A stretch of 64,000 bases of DNA. Source: Squalus acanthias (taxonomy: Eukaryota). Made by a program: the position numbers and the translations under genes. Where the stretch lies: NCBI GenBank assembly GCA_030390025.1, contig JASTWF010000328.1, positions 434,001 through 498,000 of the forward strand, read 5' to 3'. The notes under the pieces were generated by a model. The model had not been told where the DNA came from. It ran no database searches and saw only the letters and a program-made list of their open reading frames with translations. Shown here piece after piece: positions 22,476 through 33,483 of the stretch (position 1 is its first letter; every line of letters begins with the position of its first letter).

Positions 22476-25400
22476 GACTTGGTTTTGATCTTCCAGGCTT
22501 CCCTAGATTCTAGAACGGTCCCCGGGGATCGGAAGGTGGCAAATGGAACCTCGCCGTTCAAGAAAGGAGGGCGAGAGAAAACAAGGACCCTTAGGCCAGT
22601 TAGCCTGACATCAGTAGTACGTGCAAAAAAGATTCACAAGGATGATACCAGAACTGAGAGGATATACCGATCAGGAAAGGCTGAACAGGCTGGGGGCTCA
22701 TTTCTCTAGAAAAGAGAAGACTGAGGGGTGACCAGATAGAGATCATTCAGATTATGAAAGGGTTTGATAGGATAGATGTGGAGAAAATGTTTCTACTTGT
22801 CGGGGGAGACCAGAACTCGCAGTCATAAATATAAGATATAAGAGAGAGAAATAGCACCAGTGTAAAGAAAAGTTCAGAAATAGGAGGAATCAGATGGGGC
22901 AAAAGCAAGGCAGACTAAGATGGGTTTGGAGTGCATGTGTGTAAATGCACATAGTGTGGTAAATAAGGTTGGTGAGCTGCAGGCACAAGTTGCCACATGG
23001 GACTCTGATATAGGGGCAATAACAGAGACCTGACTCAAAGAAGGGGAGGAATAGGATCTTAATATTCCTGGCTACAAGGTATTCAGGAAAGATAGGGAAG
23101 GAAAAAGAGATGGGGTGGCAGTATTGATCAATTAAACTATTACAGCACTGGAGAGGGATGATGTAATTGAGGGAGCAAAGACAGGTTTGAATTCAGGAAC
23201 AATAGAGGAGCTATTACACTACTGGGTGTATACTATAGGCCACCAAATAGTGGGAGGAGACAGAGGAGCAAATTTGCAGGCAAATTACAGAAAGATGCAA
23301 GAACTACAGAGTAGTGATAATGGGGGACTTCAATTATCCGAATATAGACTGGGATAATAACAGTGTAAAGGGCAAAGTGGGGAGGAATTCCTGAAATGTA
23401 TTCAAGAGAACTTTCTGGATCAGTGTGTTTCCAGCCCAAGGAGGAAGGAAGCAGCGCTGGATCTAGTTCTGGGGAATGAAGTGGGGCAAGTGGAGCGTGT
23501 TTCAGTGGGAGAGTATTTGGGGGAACAGTGATCATAATATCATCAGGTTTAGAATAGTTATGGAAAAGGACAAGGAACAATCGAGCGTAAACATACTTAA
23601 CTGGAGGAGGGGTAACTGCAGTGAGAGGAAACGGGATCTGGCCCAGGTGGATTGGAGTCAAAAATTGGGAGGCAAAACAGTAAATGAACAATGGGAGGCC
23701 TTCAAAGAGGAGATGGTTCGGGTACAGAGTAGACACATTCCTATGAGCGGGAAAGGAAGGGCATCCAAAGCTAGAGCTCCCTGGTTGACTAAAGATATAG
23801 AGATTAAAATGAGACATAAAGGAGGTTTATGACAAATGTAAGGTTGATAATACAGTGGGGAATCAAGCTGAATATAGAAAGTACAGAGGAGATCTAAACA
23901 ATGGAATAAGAGGGGCAAAGAGAGAGTCTGAGAACAGATTAGCAGCTAACATAAAAGGGAACCCAAAAGTCTTTTATAAACACTTAAATAGTAAAAGGGC
24001 AGTCAAAGGAAGGGTGGGGCTGATTAGGGACCAAAAAGGAGATTGTCTTGTGGAGGCAGAGGGCGTGGCTGAGGTACTAAATGAGAACTTTGCATCTGTC
24101 TTCACTAGAGACGAGGATGCTGCCAATGTAGCAGTAAAGGAGGAGGCAGGAGCGATACTGGACAGGATACAAATAGATAAAGAGGAGGTGCTTAAAAGGT
24201 TGGCAGTCCTCAAAGTAGAAAAGTCGCCCGGTCCGGATGGGATGCGTCCTCGGTTACTGAGGGAAGTAGGGGTGAAAATTGCGGAGGCTCTGGCCACAAT
24301 CTTCCAATCCTCCTTGGATATGGAGGTGGTGCCAGAGGACTGGAGGATTGCAAATGTTACACCCCTGTTTAAAACAGGGGAGAGGGATAAACCCGGCAAC
24401 TACAGGCCAGTCAGCCTAGCGTCAGTGGTGGGGAAACTTTTAGAGACAATAATCCAGGACAAAATTCATTGGCACTTAGAAAAGTATAAATAACTGAAAG
24501 TCAGTTTGTTAAAGACAAATCGTGTTTGACTAACTTGATCGAGTTCTTTGATGAAGTAACGGACAGGGTTGAGGGTAGAGCGGTTGATGTTGTGTATATC
24601 GACTCTCAAAGGCGTTTGACAAAGTGCCACATAATAGACTTGTTCACATTAGTCCATGGGATTAAAGGGACAGTGGCAGCATGGATATAGAACTGGCTAA
24701 GGGACAGAAGGCAGAGAGTCGTGGTGGACGACTGTTTTTCGGACTGGAGAGAGGTATACAGTGGGGTTCCCCAGGGGTCGGGATTAGGACCACTGCTTTT
24801 TTTGATGTATATTAATGACCTGGACTTGGGGATACAGGGCATCATTTCAAAATTTGCAGATGACATGAAACTTGGAAATGTAGTAAAGAGTGAGGATAGT
24901 AACAGACTTCAGGAGGACACAGACAGACTGGTGAAATGGGCAGACACGGGGCAGATGGAATTTAACACAGGAGTGTGAAGTGAGACATTTTGGTGGGAAG
25001 AATGAGGAGAGGCAATAAAACTAAATGGTCTAATTTTAAAGAGGGTGCAGGAACAGAGAGGCCTCGGGGTGTATGTACACAAATCTTTGAAGGTGGCAGG
25101 ACAAGTTGAGAAGGCTGTTAAAAAGCACTCAGGATCCTGGGCTTTATTAATGGAGGAATAGAGAACAAAAGCAAGGAAGTTATGCTAAGCCTTTATAAAA
25201 CACTAGTTAGGCCTCAGTTAGAGTATTGTGTTCAATTCAGGGCACCACACTTTAGGAAGGATGTCAAGGCCTTAGAGAGGGTGCAGAAGAGATTTACTAG
25301 AATGGGTCCAGGGATGAGGGACCTCAGTTATGTGGAGAGACTGGAGAAGCTGGGGTTGTTCTCCTTGGAGCAGAGAAGGTTAAGGGGAGATTTACTAGAA

Positions 25401-26055
25401 TGGTACCAGGGATGAGGGACCTCAGTTATGGGGAGAGACTGGAGAAGCTGGGGTTGTTCTCCTTAGAGCAGAGAAGGTTAAGGGGAGATTTACTGGAATG
25501 GTTCCAGGGATGAGGGACTTCAGTTATGTGGAGAGACTGGAGAAGCTGGGGTTGTTCTCCTTGGAGCAGAGAAGGTTAAGGGGAGATTTACTAGAATGGT
25601 TCCAGGGATGAGGGACTTCAGTTATGTGGAGAGACTGGAGAAGCTGGGTTGTTCTCCTTAGAGCAGAGAAGGTTAAGAGGAGATTTGATAGAGGTGTTCA
25701 AAATCATGAATGGTTTTGATGGAGTAAATAAGGAGAAACTGTTTGCAGTGACAGGAGGGTCGGTAACCAGAGGTCACAGATTGAAGGTGATTGGCAGAAG
25801 AACCAGAGGCGACATGAGGAAACATTTTTCACACAGCGAGTTGTTGTGATCGGGAACGCACGGCCTGATAGGGCGGTGGAAGCAGACTCAACAGTAGCCT
25901 TCAAAAGGGAACGGGATAAATACAGGAATGGAAAAAAATTGCAGGGATATGGGGAAAGAGCGGAGGAGTGGGACTAACTGGATTGCTCTTCGAAAGAGCC
26001 GGCGCAGACTCGATGAGCCGAATGGCCTCCTTCTGTGCTATTCTGTGATTCCATG
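22476..26055 (+). mobile_element. CR1 LINE (APE-RT to 3' tail) plus small upstream CR1 fragments, decayed
   Basis: ORFs with KSPGPDG, DWRIANVTPLFK, YRPVSL, GVPQGS, FADD, RPQLEYCVQF. Confidence 0.9.
25289..25687 (+). repeat. 98-bp tandem repeat x4 inside the CR1
   Basis: gattt anchor at 25291, 25389, 25487, 25585, 25682. Confidence 0.9.
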
Positions 26056-26341
26056 AAAACAGAGAGACAATGTCCCTTTAAATATCTAGGTGTTACGCTG
26101 AGGTAAGGAGACACATTGTCCCTTTAGTTACAAAGGAGAAGACTAAAAGCTCGCAGACTCTTTAACTGCCACAAATACTCAGAGAGAAGAGGATGTGACG
26201 GTCGATGTCCCTTTAACTGAGCCGCACATGCATGTGATTAAAGGCATCGGAAACAGTGGAATCGACCCACCGCAGTCACAATGTGGACACTCTGGTGTGT
26301 CAGCGGGTGGGATACACCAGGGAATCCCTTTCCACACACTG

Positions 26342-26800
26342 AGGGTGACTCTAATGATCGGGAGTCCTAGGGTTTCGGATACCAGATAATCAAGCTCACA
26401 AGAACACAAATTGTCTCTCCAGGCTTTATTAAGAGCGCTGCATAACACAGATCGGGTGATAATTCCCTCAATCTGGAGAATAGAAGTACAGTGGATTCAC
26501 GCGCGATCTTCTCGAGTCTGTTCCAACTGACAGCGGCTTAAGTGGCCTGTTCTTATACACAAGCTTGGTTACCGCTCAGGAAATGGGATTGTTTGGACCC
26601 GTCTGTTGACCGCCTCCTGAACTCCTGCTAATTCAGGGAATTTAGTCCATCTGTGACCAGACTATAACCACAAGCCCGTCTGGTTATCACACCTATACGG
26701 TCCGTGAGGTTATTATTAGATTCACACCCAGACGTTGTGCCTTTACTTGTCTGGCACTTCATCCCATAACACGGGTACAGGGGCTCAGTAATGTTTCATT
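26342..26800 (-). mobile_element. Solo-LTR-like element
   Basis: On -: TATAAG, then AATAAA, ends agagtca; copies at 36990-38080 (split by CR1), 41240-41807, 62745-62800 and a diverged one at 49412-49630. Confidence 0.45.
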
Positions 26801-27247
26801 CATCAGAAAAAGACAAAGTACAACAACATACTGGTCAGTTTAACAGAATCTCATCATATTAATGGGGCCATAAATATAATATAGTCACTGATAGATCAAG
26901 TAGGAAATTCAGGAGAAATGTCTTTACCCAGAGAATGGTGAGAATGTGGAACTCGCTACAACATGGAGTGGTTGAGGTGAATAGCACAGATACATTTATG
27001 AGGAAGCCACATGAGGGAGAAAGGAATGGGAGGAGATGTTGATCAGGTTAATTGAAGTAGGGTGGATGTGGGGCATAAACACTGGCATGAACCTGTTCGG
27101 CCGAATGGCCTGTTTCTGTGCTGTACATTCTATGGAACACCATGAACAGTCAATCGAAGGGAATCATCAGCACAACAGTCTTAAAGATTAAACAGCAGTA
27201 CAAGAATTTATAAAACATTCATCCATTCCATGTTCATGTCACCCCAG

Positions 27248-28459
27248 CTACAGAACAGTGTGAACTCGCTGGTGTGTCAGCATGTTGGATGACTGAGTGA
27301 ATCCCTTCCCACACACGGAGCTGATGAACGGCCTCTCCCCGGTGTGAACAAGCTGGTGTGTCGTCAAATTGCTGGAGCTTTTAAAGCTCTTCCCACAGTC
27401 AGAACATTTAAACGGTCTCTCCCCAGTGTGAACTCGCTGGTGTGCCAACAGGTTGGATGACTGAGTGAATCCCTTCCCACACACAGAGCAGGTGAAAGGC
27501 CTTTCATTAGTGTGAACTCGTTGGTGTTTCAGCAGGTTGGACGAGCAGGTGAATCGCATCCCACACACGGAGCAGGTGAACGGCCTCTCCCCAGTGTGAA
27601 CTCGCTGGTGTTCGAGCAGAGTCGAGGACTGAGTGAATCCCTTCCCACACACGGAGCAGGTGAAAGGCCTTTCATTAGTGTGAAGTCGCTGGTGTCTCAG
27701 CAGGTTGGATGACCAAGTGAATCCCTTCCCACACACGGAGCAGGAGAACGGCCTCTCCCCACTGTGAACTTGTTGGTGTTCCAGCAGTCTCGAGGACCGA
27801 GTGAATCCCTGCCCACACACGGAGCAGGCGAACAGCCGTTCCCCAGTGTGAACAAGCTGGTGTGTCGTCAAATTCCCGGAGCTTTTAAAGCTCTTCCCAC
27901 AGTCAGAACATTTAAACGGTCTCTCATCAGTGTGAACTCTCTGGTGTGTTCGCAGGATGGATGTCTTAGTGAATCCCTTCCCACACACGGAGCAGGTGAA
28001 CGGCCTCTCCCCAGTGTGAACTCGCTGGTGTGTCGTCAGATTCTGAGAGCTTTTAAAGCTCTTCCCACAGTCAGAACACGTAAACCGCCTCTGATCGGTG
28101 TAAATAAGCTGGTGTTCCTTCAGAGCCCTGGAGCTTTTAAAGCTCTTGCGACAGTAAGAACAGTTAAACGGTCTCTCGTCAGTGTGAACAAGCTGGTGTC
28201 TCAGCAGGTGGGATGGATAAACAAATCCCTTTCCACACACGGAGCAGGTGAACGGTCTGTCCCTGGTGTGACTGCGCTGATGAACTTCCGACACAGACGG
28301 GGAACTGAATCCCTTTCCGCCGTTCCCACCATTACCCGGTTTCTCCCCGGTGTGAAGGTGCACGTGTCTTGCCAGGTCAGGCGATCGGCTGAATCCGAGT
28401 CCACACACGGAACACGTGTGCAGTTTGTCCGTGCTGTGATCGCTGCTCTCTCCTTCCAT
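27248..28459 (-). CDS. C2H2 zinc-finger protein ZNF-B (403 aa; 14 finger units, 11 canonical)
   Basis: ATG of MEGESS at 28459; intact finger array to HTVL*. Confidence 0.88.
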   Translation of the reverse strand: MEGESSDHSTDKLHTCSVCGLGFSRSPDLARHVHLHTGEKPGNGGNGGKGFSSPSVSEVHQRSHTRDRPFTCSVCGKGFVYPSHLLRHQLVHTDERPFNCSYCRKSFKSSRALKEHQLIYTDQRRFTCSDCGKSFKSSQNLTTHQRVHTGERPFTCSVCGKGFTKTSILRTHQRVHTDERPFKCSDCGKSFKSSGNLTTHQLVHTGERLFACSVCGQGFTRSSRLLEHQQVHSGERPFSCSVCGKGFTWSSNLLRHQRLHTNERPFTCSVCGKGFTQSSTLLEHQRVHTGERPFTCSVCGMRFTCSSNLLKHQRVHTNERPFTCSVCGKGFTQSSNLLAHQRVHTGERPFKCSDCGKSFKSSSNLTTHQLVHTGERPFISSVCGKGFTQSSNMLTHQRVHTVL

Positions 28460-28619
28460 GTGGAAAGGCCGATGATATTCACGTCCTGATGAATTGAGCG
28501 ACTCTGTCTGACCCTGACGTGATGTTTGATTTAAGCTTCCTGTCTGTAAATACTCCACTTCTAAAACCCTGTAAAAGGGGTAAGAGGGAGAATGTTGTCT
28601 CATGTACCCCTTTCCCAGC

Positions 28620-29162
28620 GCAGGCTGGTGTCTCTTCAGATCCTGGGACCTTTTAAATCTCTTCCCACAGTCAGAACATTTAATCGGTCTCTCATCACTA
28701 CGAACAAGCTGGTGTCTCAGCAGGGTGGAAGAATGAGTGAATCGCTTCAAAAACACGGAGCAGGTCAACGGTCTCTCATCGGTGTGGACAAGCTGGTGTC
28801 TCAGCAGCATGGAAGGTGCAATACATCCCTTCCTACACACGGAGCGGGTTAAAGGTCTCTCTCTAGTGTGATCCTGCTGGTGTATCATCGGAGCGGATGA
28901 CTGAGTGAATCCCTTCCCACACACGGGGCCGGGGATTCTCCTCAGTGTGTAGCCATTAGTGTCGCTTCAGGTATTTGTAGATTTTGAAGCTCTTCCCACA
29001 CTCAGAACATTTAAAAGGTCTCTCATCAGTGTGAACTTGCTGGGGTGCCAGAAGGTTCGTGGACCGACTGAATCAGGTCCTGATGAATCGTGTGACTCTG
29101 TCAGATCTTGAGGTGATGTTTGTTCTGAGCTTCCTGTCTGCAAATGCTCCACTTCTAAAACC
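28620..29162 (-). pseudogene. Truncated ZNF-C-type gene fragment fused upstream of ZNF-B
   Basis: Inverted near-copy of 35462-36000; degenerate fingers, a stop and a frameshift; ends abruptly at ~28620. Confidence 0.75.
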
Positions 29163-29975
29163 CTGTAAAAGGAGTGTACAAAGGGGTAAGAGGGAGAATG
29201 TTGTCTCATGTGGCCCTTTCCCAGCCCAGGGGCAGTGAAGCTGATTTTCAGGCCCCAGCTGCTGCACAGGTTGGTTGAAAGGATCAACAGTAATGGCGGC
29301 TGTAATCCCCACAAGCCCCCGCGCTCCAGCCGCCGCGCTGAGTTGTGGCTGACACCGCGCATGCGCCCCATGGCCCCGCCCTCTCCTGCTCCACAGGCAC
29401 CCGGCCGGCACCGCGCATGCTCAGCACACACCCAGAGCGCCTGTCAATCATTCTCCACCGCGCCTGCGCGTTAGGCCCATGAGCTCCAGGCTGCCGCGCG
29501 GGGCTTTCTTTGTAAAGTCGGTGTTGGTTAAGAGCCGCAATCAGTGATGGGAAGTGAGTTTTCACCCAGATCCGACTGAGATCAGAGGAGGGGAGAGAAT
29601 AAAGGGGAATCCAAACCTGAGAGTCCGCGGATCCGGGCCCCGAGCGGAGCTTCTTCAGTTTGGCGGAGCGCGCTCCAGGGACACGTGATCCGGGCCTGAT
29701 TGACGTGAGCTTCTGACCAATAGGGAGCGAGCGGGGCGGGCTGTCGGAGCGAGCCGGCGCCCCGCGCGCCCACACATCCCTCTTCTCCCAACCAGGTACG
29801 TCACGATGTCGCCGTCTTACAATGATAGACGTGAGCTCCAAGCCAATGAGCGAGGGGAGGCTGAGCCTGGAGGACCGACCGAGTGGCTTTGGTCCTCCAA
29901 CCAATCGCGGCGAAGGAGGAGGCGGGACATGGAACCGGCTCATTGGACGGATCGGCCCGCCGCCATTTTGTAAAG
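29163..29975 (-). promoter_or_regulatory. ZNF promoter/intron cassette with a second CCAAT/GC block and a YY1-type site
   Basis: Near-identical to 21491-22090; extra CCAAT boxes at 29840-29945; CAAAATGGCGGC on - at ~29960. Confidence 0.65.
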
Positions 29976-30462
29976 GGGCCTGGTCAGGATCTGTGAGCCT
30001 GGGAAAGTTTATTTTTAATGTTCCTTTCACATTTTACAGCTCAAACTAATTTTGTTTTGCAGAAGATACTTTTTTTTAAAAAAGCAGTTCGTTTTTAAAT
30101 TGATGAAGCAGAAACAAAAAACCCTGTGGATAAATACTTGTGAGTAAAAATATTTCTTCTCCCTGAATTAATTTTCTTAATATTAATTGACAGCATTTTT
30201 AATTATTAATTTCAAGCACTTTAAGAGAAATATGGGAGTGGTGGGCGTTCTCTTAAAGGGACAGGCACTCTCTTTTTCTGTGTGATTTTCATTAAAGGGA
30301 CCGTGTCCCCGTGGATGACTGTTTTTAAAGGGACAGCGTCTCCCTTTTTATAATGTACATGTAAGAGACTGACATTTAAAGTAGGGAAAATCCCCTGCTC
30401 CTGTGAGTGCTTGGCGAGAGATCAGGTGCTGTTTGCACTCGCCCCTCCCAATTCTCTGCCAA

Positions 30463-31647
30463 GGGACAGAAAGCAGAGAGTAGTGGTGAACGGCTGTGAT
30501 GTTCCCCAGGGGTCGGTATTAGGACCAATGTTCCCTCTAATTTTCTTTTAGGTGCGTGGCCCCTTTAACAGGCTGCACGGCCCATTCAAATTTCCGCGCA
30601 TGTGCGTTTTTTCCATTTATCGGGCGGTGAGCCGGCTGCGCGGGACCTCCAGACCGCTGTGTGACCGCACAGCTTAACGTGAACATTGATTCGGACCACT
30701 GCTTTTTTTGATATATATTACTGACCTGGACTTGGGGATACAGGGCAAAATTTCAAAGTTTGCAGATGACATGAAACTCTTAAATGTTGCAAACAATGAG
30801 GATAGTAACAGACTTCAGGAGGACGTAGCCAGACTGGTGAAATGATCAGAAATGTGGCAGATTAAATTTAATGTAGAGAAGTGTGAAGTGATTCATTTTG
30901 GTAGGAAGAATGAGGAGAGGCAACATAAACTAAATGGTCCAATTTTAAAGTGGGTGCAGGAACAGAGAGGCCTCGGGGTGTATGTACACAAATCTTTGAA
31001 GGTGGCAGGACAAGTTGAGAAGGCTGTTAAAAAGTATACAGGATCCTTAACTTTATTAATAGAGGAATAGAGTACAAAAGCAAGCAAGTTATGCTAAGCC
31101 TTTATAAAACACTGACTAGGCTTCCGCTGGGCACCACACTTTAGGAAGGATGTCAAGGCCTTAGAGAGGGTGCAGAAGAAATTTACAAGAATGGGAGCAG
31201 GGATGAGGGACTTCAGTTACGTGGAGAGACGGGAGAAGCTGGGGTTGTTCTCCTTGGAGCAGAGAAGATTAAGAGGAGATTTAATAGAGTTGTTCAAAAT
31301 CAGGATGGATTTTGAGAGTAAATAAGGAGAAACCGTTTCCAATGGCTGAAGGGACAGAAACCAGATTTAAGGCGATTGGCAAAAGACCAGAGGTGACATG
31401 GGAAAAAATTTTTTATACCAAGTTGTTGTGATCTGGAATGCACTGCCTGAAAGGGCGGTGGAAGCAGATTCAATATTATAATTCAAACGAGATTGAGATA
31501 AATACTTGAAGGGAAAACATTTACAGGGCTTTGGGGAAAGAGCAGGGGGAGTGGGATTAATTCGATCGCTCTTTCAAAGAGCCGGCACAGGCACGATGGG
31601 CCTAATGGCCTCCTTCTGTACTGTATCATTCTATGATGCTATTCTAC
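30463..31647 (+). mobile_element. CR1 LINE 3' fragment
   Basis: FNVEKCEVIHFGRKN and CR1 tail. Confidence 0.85.
30526..30688. mobile_element. hAT-type MITE (163 bp) inside the CR1
   Basis: TIR caatgttc/gaacattg; 8-bp TSD attaggac / attcggac. Confidence 0.7.
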
Positions 31648-32014
31648 ACAGACACACACATACAGTCAGACAGACACACACACACACACACATACAGTCA
31701 GACAGACACACACACACAGATACTCACTAAAATACAGTCAGACAAACACACATTTTTTCTGCATAAACTTTTATTATTAATTTCAAAGACTTTAAGAAAA
31801 AAGGTGGGAGTGGTGGGCGGAGGGCTCTTAAAGGGACAGGGACCCTCCTTTTCAATGTGATTTTCATTAAAGGGACCGAGTCCCTCCTTGCCTGTGGAGG
31901 ACCAATTTTAAAAGGACAGCGTCTCGAAATCAGGTGCTGTCTGCGTGTGCACCACCTCCTCCCAATTTCCTGCCAAGCGATCCCTGCGGGCACCACTCCA
32001 CTCTAGGAGTGGCT

Positions 32015-33480
32015 CATAGAATCATACAGCACAGAAGGAGGCCATTCAGCCCATCGTGCCTGTGCCGGCTCTTTGAAAGAGCTCTCCATTTAGTCCCACT
32101 CCCCTGCTCTGTCCCCATAGCCCTGCAAATTTTTCCCCTTCAAGTATTTATCCAATTCCCCATTGAAAGTTATTATTGAATCTGCTTCCACTGCCCTTTC
32201 AGGCAGCGCATTCCAGATCACAACAACTCGCTGCGTAAATAAAATTCTCCTCACCTCGCCTCTGGTTCTTTTGTCAATGACCTTATATCTGTGTCCTCTG
32301 GTTACCGACCCTCCTGCCACTGGAAACAGTTTCTCCTTATAAGCTACAGCTATACAAAGCCCTGGTTAGACCCCAGAGAGTCATACAGTCATAACGGCAC
32401 AGAAGGAGGCCATTCGGCCCATCGAGTCCGTGCCAGCTCTCTGTAGAGCAATCCAGTCAGTCCCATTCCCCCGCTCTATCCCCATAGCCCTGCAAGTTTA
32501 TTTCCCTCAAGTGCCTATCCAGTCTCCCCTTGAAAACATTGAGTGTCTCCGCTTCCAACACTTCCGTCGGCAGCGAGTTCCAGGTCCTCATCACTCGCTG
32601 CGTGAAAAAAGTTTTTCCTCACATCCCCCCTGTATCTCTTGCCCAAAACCTTAATTCTGTGTCCCCTAGTCCTTGTACCATCAACTAGTGGGAACAGCCT
32701 TTCCCTGTCTAGCCTATCCAAACCGGTCATAATCCTGTACACCTCTATCAAATCACCCCGCAACCTCCTTTGCTCTAATGAAAACAAATCAAGCTTCTCC
32801 AACCTGTCCTTGTAGCTAAGATCCCCCCAACCCCGGAACCATTCTGGTAAATCTCCTCTGCACCCTCTCAAGGGCCTTCACATCCTTCCTAAAGTGTGGT
32901 GACCAGAACTGGACGCAATACTCCAGTTGTGGCCTAACCAGCGCTTTATAAAGGTTCAGCATAACTTCTCTACTTTTGTACTCAGTGCCTCTATTTATGA
33001 AGCCCAAGATCCCATATGCTTTGTTAACCACTCTCTCAATATGTCCCGCCACCTTCAGGGACCTACGCACATTAACTCCCAGGAACTCCCTGGAGCACTG
33101 TGTACAGTTCTGGGCACCGCACCTCAGAAAGGATATATTGGCCTTGGAAGGAGTGCAGCACAGATTCACCAGAATGTTACCCGGGCTCCAAGGGTTAGAT
33201 TATGAGGAGAGATTACATAAACTAGGCTTGTATTCCCTGGAATCTAGAAGGTTAAGGAGTGATTGAGGATTTGAGGATTTTGAAAGGAATTGGTAGAGTC
33301 GATAGAGAGAAACTTTTTCTGCCGGTGGGGGAGTCGAGGACAAGGGGACATCACCTTAAAATCAGAGCCAGGCCATTCAGGAGAGAAGTTGGGAAACACT
33401 TCTTCACACAAAGGGTGGTAGAAGTGTGGAACCCTCTCCCACAGGAAGCAGTCGATGCCAGCTCAATTAATCATTTTAAA
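32015..33480. mobile_element. Three CR1 3' fragments (two on -, one on +)
   Basis: RRLRGDLIEVY, TRGH, FTQRVV motifs and CR1 tails. Confidence 0.8.
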
Positions 33481-33483
33481 TAA

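Noticed and set aside
27512..28852. Antisense and off-frame ORFs over ZNF arrays (MNSLV.., HTSEFTLG.., TPASSH..)
   Set aside because: Shadow frames of the 84-bp finger repeat
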